Of a stretch of 64,000 bases of DNA, positions 1 through 9,544 are shown one piece after another. The notes below the pieces were generated by a model, which did not search any database, was not told where the DNA came from, and worked only from the letters and a program-made list of their open reading frames with translations. The stretch is from Anaerolineae bacterium (lineage in GTDB: Bacteria; Chloroflexota; Anaerolineae; Anaerolineales; UBA4823): NCBI GenBank assembly GCA_003130835.1, contig QEXX01000004.1, positions 3,826 to 67,825 on the forward strand, in the 5' to 3' direction. Numbering within the stretch: the stretch's first letter is position 1; every line of letters begins with the position of its first letter. The translations under genes were made by a program, and so were the position numbers.

Positions 1-221
1 GCATAAAATAATGCGAAATCTATAGGGTTTAACTTTGATTTTTGTTTTAGTGAGCGGAAGCTCAGATAGGCTTGAGCAAGCTCGGTTTAATCAAACTTAT
101 TGAGAAGAATTTCACAAAATATACTTTTTGTACCCTAAGAAATAGGAGTTTTGTCGCTTTTGTTAACCTTATATCCCCTATAAAATAGAGAAAGATTGTC
201 TAATAAACCAAGTGAGGTCAT

Positions 222-482
222 ATGAGCGTTAATATGGAGACCGAAGTCAGTTTAAAAAATTCCGAAGCGACGAAAAAGAAACCGCGTGGACGGGTGATTA
301 TCTTTGCCCGTTGGTGTAAAGGGTGTTCGTTATGTGTGGAGTTTTGTCCAACCGGTGTGTTGGCTATGGGCGAAGATGAGACACCCTATGTTGCTGCGCC
401 GGAAAATTGCACAGCTTGTCATTGGTGCGATACCCATTGTCCGGATTTAGCCATTATTGTAAAACCCATTGAAGAAGAATAA
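222..482 (+). CDS. 4Fe-4S dicluster ferredoxin-like (delta) subunit of a 2-oxoacid:ferredoxin oxidoreductase
   Basis: 86-aa ORF with two CxxCxxCxxxCP motifs (CKGCSLCVEFCP, CTACHWCDTHCP). It lies directly upstream of the alpha/beta/gamma OFOR subunits. Confidence 0.85.
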   Translation: MSVNMETEVSLKNSEATKKKPRGRVIIFARWCKGCSLCVEFCPTGVLAMGEDETPYVAAPENCTACHWCDTHCPDLAIIVKPIEEE

Positions 483-504
483 ACCCTCAAGAAGGAGGCG
501 GGGG

Positions 505-1626
505 ATGGTAGTTCGCTTAATGCAAGGAAATGAAGCAGTAGGCTGGGGAGCCCTGGCGGCCGGGTGCCGTTTTTATGCCGGCTATCCCATTACCCCCTCT
601 ACCGAGATTGCCGAAATGCTTTCAAGGGAATTGCCAAAATTGGGGGGAATCTTTATTCAGATGGAAGACGAAATTGCCAGCTTAGCGGCGTGTATCGGCG
701 CATCGGTGGGTGGGCTCAAGGCAATGACAGCCACCAGCGGCCCTGGATTTTCGTTAATGCAAGAGCACATTGGGTATGCCGCGATGGCTGAAGTCCCCTG
801 TGTGATTGTAAACGTGCAGCGCCTCGGCCCAAGCACCGGGCAACCCACCAGCCCTTCTCAGGGAGATGTAATGCAAGCCCGCTGGGGAACGCATGGGGAT
901 CATCCCATTATCGTCTTGTATCCGACCTCGGTGCCAGAAGCGTTTGAACTGACTGTTACGGCTTTTAATATGGCTGAAAAATATCGCACCCCGGTCATCT
1001 TATTGATGGATGAAGTAGTCGGTCACATGCGGGAGCGCTTTGAGTCCCCACCGCTTGAGGAAATCCAAGTTGTCGATCGAATGGGTACGGATGTCCCGCC
1101 CGAATGGTATAAACCCTTTGGGGACACCGTGAGCGATGTGCCCCCGATGCCGAGTTTTGGCTCGGGCTATCGTTATCACGTGACCGGCTTGTACCATGAT
1201 CCTTTAGGATACCCTACCCAGCGATTGGATGAGATTAACCCTTGGATCGAACGCGTTCATCGCAAGATCAACAACCACCTTGATGATATTTTATTGTACA
1301 AGGAAGAAAACATTGAAGAGGCTAATACGGTGATTGTTGCCTACGGAGCCACCGCGCGGAGCGCACGACATGCTATGAAATTAGCTCGCCAGCATCGTCA
1401 CCATGTAGGCTTAGTGACACTTTACACGATTTGGCCGTTTCCCGAAGATGTCATTCAAAGGGTCGGCAGAACGGCACGGCGAATCATCGTACCGGAGATG
1501 AATTTAGGACAGTTGGCTCTTGAGGTTGAGCGGTTGGTGGGACGCCATAAAGTGATCCGAGTCAATCGAGCAGATGGTGAAATGATTTCGCCACAAATGA
1601 TTTTAGATGCTTTGGAAGGAAGGTAA
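505..1626 (+). CDS. korA: 2-oxoacid (2-oxoglutarate-type):ferredoxin oxidoreductase alpha subunit
   Basis: The N-terminus (MQGNEAVGWGALAAGCRFYAGYPITPSTEI) is typical of OFOR alpha subunits. I chose the ATG at 505 because GAAGGAGG lies 8 nt upstream; the ORF track start at 469 would overlap the delta subunit. Substrate specificity is not determinable by eye. Confidence 0.85.
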   Translation: MVVRLMQGNEAVGWGALAAGCRFYAGYPITPSTEIAEMLSRELPKLGGIFIQMEDEIASLAACIGASVGGLKAMTATSGPGFSLMQEHIGYAAMAEVPCVIVNVQRLGPSTGQPTSPSQGDVMQARWGTHGDHPIIVLYPTSVPEAFELTVTAFNMAEKYRTPVILLMDEVVGHMRERFESPPLEEIQVVDRMGTDVPPEWYKPFGDTVSDVPPMPSFGSGYRYHVTGLYHDPLGYPTQRLDEINPWIERVHRKINNHLDDILLYKEENIEEANTVIVAYGATARSARHAMKLARQHRHHVGLVTLYTIWPFPEDVIQRVGRTARRIIVPEMNLGQLALEVERLVGRHKVIRVNRADGEMISPQMILDALEGR

Positions 1627-1628
1627 GC

Positions 1629-2501
1629 ATGTCAAAAAGTGAGCATACAGCGTATGCCTATCTTCGGACAACCAAAAAGTTCCCCAATATTTGGTGTGCC
1701 GGGTGTGGCATTGGCATAGTGATGGGTGCGCTGATTCGGGCGATTGATCGCATAGGATTGGATAAAGATGATGTCGCTGTAGTTTCTGGGATTGGTTGCT
1801 CAGGGCGCATGCCGGTTTACTTGGATTTCAATACGATGCACACGACCCATGGGCGAGCGTTAGCTTTTGCAACGGGATTGAAATTGGCTCAACCGAAATT
1901 AAATGTCATTGTGGTTATGGGAGATGGCGATGCCCTAGCCATTGGTGGAAATCATTTCATTCATGCTGCCCGCCGCAATATCGATTTGACCGCAATTGTG
2001 GTCAATAACGCTATTTATGGAATGACGGGAGGACAATATAGCCCTACTACTCCTCTTGATATGAGAGCCGCTACAGCACCGTATGGACACGTCGAGCCAC
2101 CGTTTCCCATTTGTGAACTTTCGATTGCGGCTGGGGCCACCTTTGTTGCCCGTAGTACAGTGTATCATGCGGTTGAACTAGACAAACTGATTGAAAAGGC
2201 AATCCGCAAAGTGGGCTTTAGCGTGGTCGAAGCGGTGAGTTATTGTCATACTACTTATGGCCGCATGAATAAAATAGGCAGCGCTGTAGACATGATGCGG
2301 ATGTTGAAAGATCAGAGCATTTCTCTCGCAGCGGCCGAAAAGTTGCAGCCAGAAGAACGAGCCATGAAGATCGTACGAGGGGTTTTACACGACGTGGATA
2401 AACCGGATTACATCTCGCTTTATAATGAAGTGATCAAGCGAGCCAAGCAAACGATTAACGGAAAAGAATTTCTGCGAGCCGGTCCAGGAGGTTTGGAATG
2501 A
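1629..2501 (+). CDS. korB: 2-oxoacid:ferredoxin oxidoreductase beta subunit (TPP-binding)
   Basis: Cys motifs WCAGCGIG and GIGCSGR plus the TPP-binding GDGDALAIGGNHFIHAARRN. A GGAAGG SD-like sequence precedes the ATG. The gene is 2 nt after the alpha subunit. Confidence 0.88.
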   Translation: MSKSEHTAYAYLRTTKKFPNIWCAGCGIGIVMGALIRAIDRIGLDKDDVAVVSGIGCSGRMPVYLDFNTMHTTHGRALAFATGLKLAQPKLNVIVVMGDGDALAIGGNHFIHAARRNIDLTAIVVNNAIYGMTGGQYSPTTPLDMRAATAPYGHVEPPFPICELSIAAGATFVARSTVYHAVELDKLIEKAIRKVGFSVVEAVSYCHTTYGRMNKIGSAVDMMRMLKDQSISLAAAEKLQPEERAMKIVRGVLHDVDKPDYISLYNEVIKRAKQTINGKEFLRAGPGGLE

Positions 2502-3070
2502 AAGATAAAGGCCGTAACAGCAGAATAGAAATTCGTCTAGCTGGTGAGGGGGGGCAAGGGATGATCTTGGCTGGAGTGATTTTGGCTGAAGCCGCTGCCA
2601 TTTACGACGGCAAAAATGTTGTCCAAACCCAAACCTATGGTCCAGAAGCGCGTGGTGGAGCCAGCAAGGCTGAAGTGGTGATCAGTGATGAAGCGATCGA
2701 TTTTCCTGAGGTGATCTCCGCTGACGTGCTGGTTGCAATGAGCCAAGAAGCCTGTGATAAATACGCCTCAAACCTGCGGAAAGGGGGGTTACTCATTGTC
2801 GATATTGACAAAGTCAAACGCGTTCCCTTAACGAACGCGGTCAAAGTTCCCATTACGCGGGCAGCGATTGAAGCCTCCGGAAAGGCAATAACGGCAAATG
2901 TCGTTGCTTTGGGTGTCCTTGTAGGACTTACAGGAGTGGTGAGTCGAGAGGCGATTGAGAAAGCGATTCTGGCAAGGGCTCCAAAGGGGACGGAAGAGAT
3001 GAATTACAAGGCGTTAGAACGCGGTTTTGCTGAAGCAGAGGCCCTCTTAGCGGTAAAGCAAAAAGCCTAG
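2498..3070 (+). CDS. 2-oxoacid:ferredoxin oxidoreductase gamma subunit
   Basis: The 190-aa size and the GEGGQGMILAG motif are typical of the OFOR gamma subunit. ATGA stop/start overlap with the beta subunit. Confidence 0.85.
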   Translation: MKDKGRNSRIEIRLAGEGGQGMILAGVILAEAAAIYDGKNVVQTQTYGPEARGGASKAEVVISDEAIDFPEVISADVLVAMSQEACDKYASNLRKGGLLIVDIDKVKRVPLTNAVKVPITRAAIEASGKAITANVVALGVLVGLTGVVSREAIEKAILARAPKGTEEMNYKALERGFAEAEALLAVKQKA

Positions 3071-3604
3071 CAGCGCTGTTGCCAAGACAATCACAGCGGG
3101 GTTGATTTTGGTGAATGTCAAGATTGCAAAGGCGGCTATGGCAAAGAGTGCTTTGTCCCACCCGTGAAAGAGGGCTGCTTGCCAACCCAGTTTCTTAACC
3201 CCCCACACGGTGTATGCCATGTCATAGGCGGTCCATAATAGAAGCCCAACCACGGCTGGACGAACAGCTTTCAACATTGCTTGCACGGTATGGCTGTCCT
3301 TAATACCGTAGAAAAATATCACCATGATCAGCATCAGAACTGTTGTGGGGAAGACCGTGCCTAAAGCTGCGGCGGTTGCCCCTGGAACACCGGCAAGTTT
3401 GTAGCCCACAAAAGCCGAAACTTGGGGGGCGATTGGACCTGGTAGCGCATTGCCGACAGCTACTGCGTCAGCAAATTCTTCGGGAGTCACCCAACCTGCA
3501 GCGGTTGTTTCGCGTTGCATGAGAGCTAGCGAGGCTGGTCCACCACCCCAGGAGAACATCGCCACGCGTGTAAAAAGCACAAAGATATCCCATAGGGTTG
3601 CCAT
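3047..3604 (-). CDS. short (single-domain) chromate transporter (CHR) family membrane protein
   Basis: FSWGGGPASLALMQRE and NALPGPIAPQV motifs plus a multi-TM profile typical of the CHR family. Its 3' end overlaps the gamma-subunit 3' end convergently by 24 nt. Confidence 0.75.
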   Translation of the reverse strand: MATLWDIFVLFTRVAMFSWGGGPASLALMQRETTAAGWVTPEEFADAVAVGNALPGPIAPQVSAFVGYKLAGVPGATAAALGTVFPTTVLMLIMVIFFYGIKDSHTVQAMLKAVRPAVVGLLLWTAYDMAYTVWGVKKLGWQAALFHGWDKALFAIAAFAILTFTKINPAVIVLATALLGFLLYR

Positions 3605-3801
3605 ATCGTCCCTTTGATCAAGAATTTAGAACGCAAAAATTTTAACACAAGGGCGCGAAGAAAGCATAGCCTTTTTGAAAGCAACATCGATAACAGCAGA
3701 CAGGCAAGGGATTTGATGCGATTCAATCGGAACTGGCGTGATGCCGTTGGCGCCAAAGAACCTGTGGATTTTTTGCAAAATTCGACCATTCTCTAAGGCG
3801 A

Positions 3802-3840
3802 TAAAAAAGCCCTGCTCTTTGGATGAGCCAGAGCAGGGCT
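3802..3840 (-). terminator. Rho-independent terminator downstream of the HMGR-HMGS-DUF35 operon
   Basis: On the minus strand, a GCCCTGCTCT / AGAGCAGGGC 10-bp stem (3809-3818 / 3830-3839) is followed by TTTTTTAT. Confidence 0.7.
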
Positions 3841-3872
3841 GAGGGTCTGAAAAGACTATGGTTGCAGGGAGA

Positions 3873-4277
3873 TTAATTGGGTTGCAAGAGCGGACGAAAC
3901 TTATATCCGTACACAATCATGCCGCGTTCATCGCCATCGGTGCGGATTTTACGGGTGACCATTTCAACCGGCATGCCGATTTTGACTTCATGCCCATTAA
4001 CATCGGTTAGCTGCGCAGTGACAATCGGCCCTTCTTCGAGTTTTACTAGGGCAACGGTGTATGGGGCATATTCTTCAAAGCCGGCGGGCGGCTCGTAAAT
4101 CGTTGTAAAAGAAAAGACTTCCCCACGCCCGCTGAACGGATAGGGTTCCCGAGCATCTTTTCCGCATTCAGGGCAGACATCGCGCGGCGGAAATAGTTTT
4201 GCTTCACAATGAGGGCAGACTTCTCCCACAAGTCCGTACCTTTGTCTACGTAATCTCCAATGGCGTGGAATTTCCAT
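3873..4277 (-). CDS. DUF35 Zn-ribbon/OB-fold protein (archaeal thiolase/HMG-CoA synthase scaffold family)
   Basis: CPHCEAKLFPPRDVCPECG four-Cys zinc ribbon followed by an OB-fold-like C-terminus. 134-aa size, GAGGAG SD, immediately downstream of HMGS. Confidence 0.8.
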   Translation of the reverse strand: MEIPRHWRLRRQRYGLVGEVCPHCEAKLFPPRDVCPECGKDAREPYPFSGRGEVFSFTTIYEPPAGFEEYAPYTVALVKLEEGPIVTAQLTDVNGHEVKIGMPVEMVTRKIRTDGDERGMIVYGYKFRPLLQPN

Positions 4278-4348
4278 ACGAATCTCCTCTTATTGAAAGT
4301 TCCATTTTTCACAGTATAGTGAAATCAAACTATCAAGAACTATCAGCT

Positions 4349-5446
4349 TTACTTAATGGTGAGTTTTCCGCGTTGACGAACATACTGAGCATAGTCAATG
4401 GTCACTCGTCGCGCAATGTAATCTCTGGTTTTGAGGGCTAAATCTTGGCGCTCCTTGATTGCCTCGGTAACGAAAATCGAAAAAGCATCCGATCCAGCTC
4501 CAGAGCCAAAGGAGACAACCAAGATGCGATCGCCTGGCTGCGCAATATCCAGAACGGCGGTCAAGCCGATGATGGCTGCTCCGGCGTAAGTATTTCCAAT
4601 GCTGCCAACCAATAACCCGGGCGCGATCTGTTCTTTAGTAAAGCCAAGCTGGGCAGCTACTTTTTGAGGGAATTTTAGATTGGGTTGATGAAAGACCGCA
4701 TAGCGATAATCTGAGGGTTTTGTGCCAGAGGCTTCTAAGAGGGTTTGAGCAGCGTTGGTAATGTGTTTGAAGTAGGCTGGGTCGCCGGTAAAGCGCTGGG
4801 CGTGTTCCGGGTACTTTTGATATTGGCGACGAAAGAAGTCTGGGGTGTCGGTGACAAACGAATAGGTATGTTCGACAACGGCGAGCGAGTTTTCGGCTGG
4901 CCCAAAGACAAAAGCAGCTCCACCTGCCCCGGCAGTGTATTCGAGCGCATCGCCAGGCCGCCCTTGAGCGGTATCCATCCCAATCGCCATAGCATAATCT
5001 GCCATGCCCGATCCAACAAAGGCGACCGCAGCTACCATCGCTTCCGTACCGGCTTTACAAGCAAACTCCCAATCTCCGGCTTGGATGTGCGGGGCGGCTC
5101 CCAGTGCTTCTGCTACGATGGTTGAAGTAGGTTTTACAGCGTACGGATGGGATTCTGACCCCACCCAAATAGCCCGCAGATGATGGGCAGGGATGCGGGC
5201 GCGTTTCATTGCATTACGAGCGGCTTCAATGGACATAGTAGCAACATCTTCGTCTAAGCCCGGAACCGATTTTTCCTTGATAGGTAGGGCAGCTTGTCCG
5301 TCAGTCCATACCCGCGCCACCTCGCTGGCTGGCAGACGATATTGAGGCACATAAGCGCCATAACCAACAATCCCAACTGCCCGGTTGGGTTTTAAGAGTA
5401 AATTTTTGGGTGTTAATTCGGTTTGACTCACGTTGACTTTCTCCAT
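4349..5446 (-). CDS. hydroxymethylglutaryl-CoA synthase, archaeal type
   Basis: Motifs [55 protein letters not shown] and [15 protein letters not shown] match the archaeal-type HMGS family. The start is uncertain (19-nt overlap with HMGR). Confidence 0.85.
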   Translation of the reverse strand: MEKVNVSQTELTPKNLLLKPNRAVGIVGYGAYVPQYRLPASEVARVWTDGQAALPIKEKSVPGLDEDVATMSIEAARNAMKRARIPAHHLRAIWVGSESHPYAVKPTSTIVAEALGAAPHIQAGDWEFACKAGTEAMVAAVAFVGSGMADYAMAIGMDTAQGRPGDALEYTAGAGGAAFVFGPAENSLAVVEHTYSFVTDTPDFFRRQYQKYPEHAQRFTGDPAYFKHITNAAQTLLEASGTKPSDYRYAVFHQPNLKFPQKVAAQLGFTKEQIAPGLLVGSIGNTYAGAAIIGLTAVLDIAQPGDRILVVSFGSGAGSDAFSIFVTEAIKERQDLALKTRDYIARRVTIDYAQYVRQRGKLTIK

Positions 5447-6723
5447 GACTGTAAGATTTGTTCAGCAAAATCGATGCGGATGTTTTGAGCGGCTACGAGT
5501 TGATTGGCTAATTTCTCAATTTCTTCCCCTTGCGCGCCGGCTGCAATGGCGACTTGACGGGCGTGAAGCGCCATGTGTCCGCGTTGAATTCCTTCTGTTG
5601 CCAGCGCGCGCAGGGCGGCTAAGTTTTGCGCTAACCCAACCGAGACGATAATCTCGGCTAATTCTTGAGCGGTTTGAACACCTAGAATGCGGAGGGATAG
5701 TTTTGCTAAAGGGTGAACTTTGGTGGCCCCTCCCACGATTCCGACCGGCAAAGGAAGCTCAAGCGTGCCCACTAGATTGCCTTGCTGATCCTTGCCCCAG
5801 TGGCTCAAGGAGGTGTATCTTCCATTGCGAGCCGCGTAAGCATGGGCGCCGGCTTCCACAGCCCGCCAATCGTTTCCTGTCGCGATAAGGACTGCGTCAA
5901 TACCGTTCATGATGCCTTTATTGTGCGTAGCTGCGCGGTAAGGATCGCTCGCAGCAAACGCCCATGCTGCAATGATGCCATCCCGAACGGCTTCGCCAGG
6001 GAACTCGTCTTGTTGGAGTTGATCGACTGGAATCACACAAGCTGCCCGTGCCAGACGTTTATCTGCTAGGTTGCTTAAGATGCGTAGATGAACTTTGCCA
6101 CCACTAATTGACTCGACCAGAGGGGTCAGTTTTTCAGTAGCTGTATTGACCGCGTTTGCACCCATGGCATCGCGTACATCCACGATCAAATGGAGCACAA
6201 GATAGCTGCCAATCGGTGAGTTTTCAATCACCCGAACTTCAAGATCTTTTGCACCACCCCCTAGCTTTTGAAGTATCGGATCACATTTCGCAGCTTCTGC
6301 AAGCAGAGCTTCCTTTTCGGAAAGCAGGCGGTGGCGGGAGAGGTAAGGGTTTTCGAGGTTGATGATTTGCATTTGACCGATCATTAAGGGCGGATCGGCT
6401 TGGGCTTGGAAACCGCCTGTGCTGCGGGCAAGTTTTGCCATGTACGAGGCGCCCGCTACCACCGATGGCTCTTCGATTGCCATCGGAACGAGCACTTCCT
6501 TACCGTTGATTATGAAATTCAAGGCAATGCCTAAAGGTAAAGGATAGGTGCCAATCACATTTTCGATCATGTGATCGGCAAGGTCTAGGGGAAGCGCTTC
6601 ATTGCCAACAAGGGTGGCTAGGTCGTGTTCCATCAGCCAACCTTGCTGCCTTAACTGTTCTTGCCGTTCGGCGACGGACAGATTGTAAAAACCACTTAGC
6701 CTGGACGACATCGGTTTCATCAT
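5428..6723 (-). CDS. mvaA: hydroxymethylglutaryl-CoA reductase, class II (Pseudomonas mevalonii MvaA-like)
   Basis: Near-collinear similarity, from memory, to class II HMGR: [76 protein letters not shown]. Confidence 0.9.
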   Translation of the reverse strand: MMKPMSSRLSGFYNLSVAERQEQLRQQGWLMEHDLATLVGNEALPLDLADHMIENVIGTYPLPLGIALNFIINGKEVLVPMAIEEPSVVAGASYMAKLARSTGGFQAQADPPLMIGQMQIINLENPYLSRHRLLSEKEALLAEAAKCDPILQKLGGGAKDLEVRVIENSPIGSYLVLHLIVDVRDAMGANAVNTATEKLTPLVESISGGKVHLRILSNLADKRLARAACVIPVDQLQQDEFPGEAVRDGIIAAWAFAASDPYRAATHNKGIMNGIDAVLIATGNDWRAVEAGAHAYAARNGRYTSLSHWGKDQQGNLVGTLELPLPVGIVGGATKVHPLAKLSLRILGVQTAQELAEIIVSVGLAQNLAALRALATEGIQRGHMALHARQVAIAAGAQGEEIEKLANQLVAAQNIRIDFAEQILQSWRKST

Positions 6724-7049
6724 GCCTTACTTATAAACCTCAGCATCTTGCAAAAACTATCAAATTGATGGCTAGATGAAATGGCGCAGCTTAGATCGTT
6801 GATTGGAATGTGAATCTCTACAGGTGAATGGTTTTTGAAAGGTCCATGGGTGTCGTGGCTGACCATTGCTTTAGGACAAGAAGGATACTAACGGATCAAT
6901 GGATGGAAGACGGTTTAGAAGGATACTTAATCGCAGCGTTGTTTCTGCTTTCGGGGTGGCTGACCTGTTCTAGAAAATGCCAAATCAATTCCAATCAATT
7001 CGAAATCGACAAAAATAGTGTAAAATAGAGCATAAGGAACGGAAGGGTT

Positions 7050-8723
7050 ATGTCTATACTGACTCGGGAGCAACTTGAAGAACGCCTGACTTCGCTACAT
7101 CGTGTCAGCTTGGAACTGGTGAGTGATCTGTCTTTAAGCACGGTTTTAGAAAGAATTGTCCGATTAGCTCGCGAAGAAGCACAAGCCGACTATGCCGCTC
7201 TAGGGGTGTTTGACGAATCTGGAACTCTCGTGCAGTTTATCCCTGTTGGGATGGACGAAGGGGAAATGGCAAAAATGTCTTCGCCGCCCAAAGGATTAGG
7301 TTTATTGGGTTATCTGAAAAGAGAATCGAAAACGTTGCGTATCAGCGATATTTCAAAAGATCCACACAGCGTTGGGTTTCCGCCTGGCCATCCTCCCATG
7401 AAAACCTTTCTGGGTGTACCGATTCTCTTCGGTGACCAGATTCTTGGGCAAATCTACTTGACTGACAAATTGGGCGGTGAGGAATTTACCGAGCAAGATG
7501 AGCGTGTGATCGAAACCCTGGCTGCTTATGCAGGGGTTGCTATTCATAACGCACGGTTGATCCAAGCCTTAACGGAGCGCGACCATGTCTTAACCCAGAA
7601 GAATATTGATTTGACGCTCATTAATACGGTGGCTACTGCTCTAACCCGCTCCCTTAACCTCGATGAGATTTTGGAGAAGACCCTGACAAGTGTCATGGAA
7701 TACCTGAGGGTTGAGAATGGGGAAATCTATTTGAAGGATGAGAATGGGTCTGATTTGCGTTTGGCATTGCATCGGGGAAAATTCAACGGTAATTTATTTA
7801 CCCGCGAAGTATTTCATCTAGGTGAGGGGATCGTTGGCGAAGTCGCCGAGAGTGGACAGCCTTATATCAGTAAAAATGTCGGTAAAGAAGTGCGCTATTT
7901 GCGTCAAAAGGTCTTTGAAGAGGGCTGCCGATGGGTGGCAGCTTTTCCGTTAATGGCGCGTGGCTCGGTGATTGGCGTTATGGTTGTGGCTCATCATCAG
8001 GAGCTCGTTATCGATGATGCGCAAGTGGAGCTGCTTGAAGCGATCACATCTTGGGCAGGAATCACCATTGAGAATGTTGTGTTACAACAACAAGCCCAGC
8101 GGTTAGCTGTGCTAGAGGAACGCGAACGGATTGGAATGGACCTCCATGATGGAATTATTCAATCGATCTATGCGGTTGGATTGGCTTTGGATTATGCTCG
8201 CGTTGCCATCGACGAAGATCCCGAGCAGGCGAAACAAAAAATTGAACAAGCTATTGATGGTTTGAATAAAACCATTCGCGATATCCGCGCTTATATCCTG
8301 GATTTGCGCCCACGCGAACTGTATGGGAACAACCTCATCCAGAATTTGAGCCGTTTGGTGGATGAGTACCGGGTCAATACCTTATCTGAAGCGACCTTAA
8401 CAGCACCCGAAGACGGTTTGGTGGGATTGCCGCTATCGCATGCAACGGCGTTATTCCATATCTGTCAGGAAGCTTTGGCAAATGTTGCCAAGCATGCCCA
8501 TGCGCGTCGGGTTGATGTGCGTCTGTGGACGACTCGAGACCGGGTGTTGCTGGAAGTTGCCGATAATGGCGAAGGTTTTGACCTGCGCAAGATGAGTATC
8601 ACCTTAGGGCATGGATTATCCAATATGCACATTCGTGCCCGAAAAGTTGGCGGGGATGTAGAAGTTACTTCTGCACCGGGTGAGGGTACCACTGTGTTGG
8701 CATGGGTACCGAGACGTAAGTAA
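7050..8723 (+). CDS. sensor histidine kinase with tandem GAF domains (HisKA_3 / NarL-partner type)
   Basis: Two GAF-like regions, then the HisKA_3 box ERERIGMDLHDGIIQSIYA and HATPase_c motifs (EALANVAKHA, DNGEGF, GHGLSNM). No adjacent response regulator. Confidence 0.85.
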   Translation: MSILTREQLEERLTSLHRVSLELVSDLSLSTVLERIVRLAREEAQADYAALGVFDESGTLVQFIPVGMDEGEMAKMSSPPKGLGLLGYLKRESKTLRISDISKDPHSVGFPPGHPPMKTFLGVPILFGDQILGQIYLTDKLGGEEFTEQDERVIETLAAYAGVAIHNARLIQALTERDHVLTQKNIDLTLINTVATALTRSLNLDEILEKTLTSVMEYLRVENGEIYLKDENGSDLRLALHRGKFNGNLFTREVFHLGEGIVGEVAESGQPYISKNVGKEVRYLRQKVFEEGCRWVAAFPLMARGSVIGVMVVAHHQELVIDDAQVELLEAITSWAGITIENVVLQQQAQRLAVLEERERIGMDLHDGIIQSIYAVGLALDYARVAIDEDPEQAKQKIEQAIDGLNKTIRDIRAYILDLRPRELYGNNLIQNLSRLVDEYRVNTLSEATLTAPEDGLVGLPLSHATALFHICQEALANVAKHAHARRVDVRLWTTRDRVLLEVADNGEGFDLRKMSITLGHGLSNMHIRARKVGGDVEVTSAPGEGTTVLAWVPRRK

Positions 8724-8727
8724 AGTA

Positions 8728-9540
8728 ATGGAATTCATTTCCAGCCGCAACAATCCAAGAATAAAAGAAATCCGTTTACTAAAACAGGCAAAAGTCCGCC
8801 GTCAGAGCGGATTTTGTGTTGTTGAAGGCATTTGGCACTTTATCGAAGCGGTTGAGGCGTGGAAACAAGGAGCATATGCTTCTTTGATCCGCGTTTTCTT
8901 CGCCCCAAGCCTGCTAAAGAGCGAAATAGCCCATGAAACCATTCGGGAGGTTGCCCAGCGGGGAATTCCTTGCTATCAAGTTGAAGAGAGTGTTTTCCGT
9001 TCCATTGCTGATAAACAAAATCCGCAAGGCATCCTGGCACTGGTGCGGCTGCGTCAACCAACGTTAGAGGCTTTGAACCCAGAACAATTGAGCTGGCTGG
9101 TTGGGTTGGTGGAGCCGCAAGACCCTGGCAATGTGGGCACGATCCTACGGACAATGGATGCAGTCGGTGCTCAAGGGCTATTGCTCCTAGATGGGGGAGT
9201 TGACCCTTTCCATCCAGAAGTCACACGGGCGAGTATGGGAGCGATCTTTTGGATACCGGTCGTGCAGGTTTCTTTTCAGGAGATGATCCATTGGGCAGCG
9301 TTTAACGACATCACAATTTACGGTACCTCTGCGCATGCAATCAAACTTTATACAGAAGCCGAACGATTTAACAAGCCTTGTTTGCTTTTATTGGGGAATG
9401 AACGCCAAGGACTAACAGAACCTCAACGCCAGGCTTGCCATGAATTATTGCGATTGCCCATGAGTGGGCGGGTTTCCTCGTTAAACCTCGCTGTTGCGGC
9501 TGGGGTGATGCTTTACTACATGCAACCAAAGCTGAGCTAA
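8728..9540 (+). CDS. TrmH/SpoU family RNA 2'-O-methyltransferase
   Basis: SpoU motifs GNVGTILRT, LLLGNERQGL and PMSGRVSSLNLAVAAGVMLY. I prefer the ATG at 8728 to the GTG at 8680, which would overlap the kinase. Confidence 0.8.
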   Translation: MEFISSRNNPRIKEIRLLKQAKVRRQSGFCVVEGIWHFIEAVEAWKQGAYASLIRVFFAPSLLKSEIAHETIREVAQRGIPCYQVEESVFRSIADKQNPQGILALVRLRQPTLEALNPEQLSWLVGLVEPQDPGNVGTILRTMDAVGAQGLLLLDGGVDPFHPEVTRASMGAIFWIPVVQVSFQEMIHWAAFNDITIYGTSAHAIKLYTEAERFNKPCLLLLGNERQGLTEPQRQACHELLRLPMSGRVSSLNLAVAAGVMLYYMQPKLS

Positions 9541-9544
9541 GAAA

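Noticed and set aside
3614-3916. ORFs of 60-96 aa between the CHR gene and the DUF35 gene
   Set aside because: They overlap the predicted terminator and a promoter-like AT-rich sequence, and have low-complexity, basic composition and no SD.
6828-7028. 66-aa ORF in the HMGR / histidine kinase intergenic region
   Set aside because: No SD, no family resemblance, and it lies in an AT-rich divergent promoter region. It is more likely non-coding.
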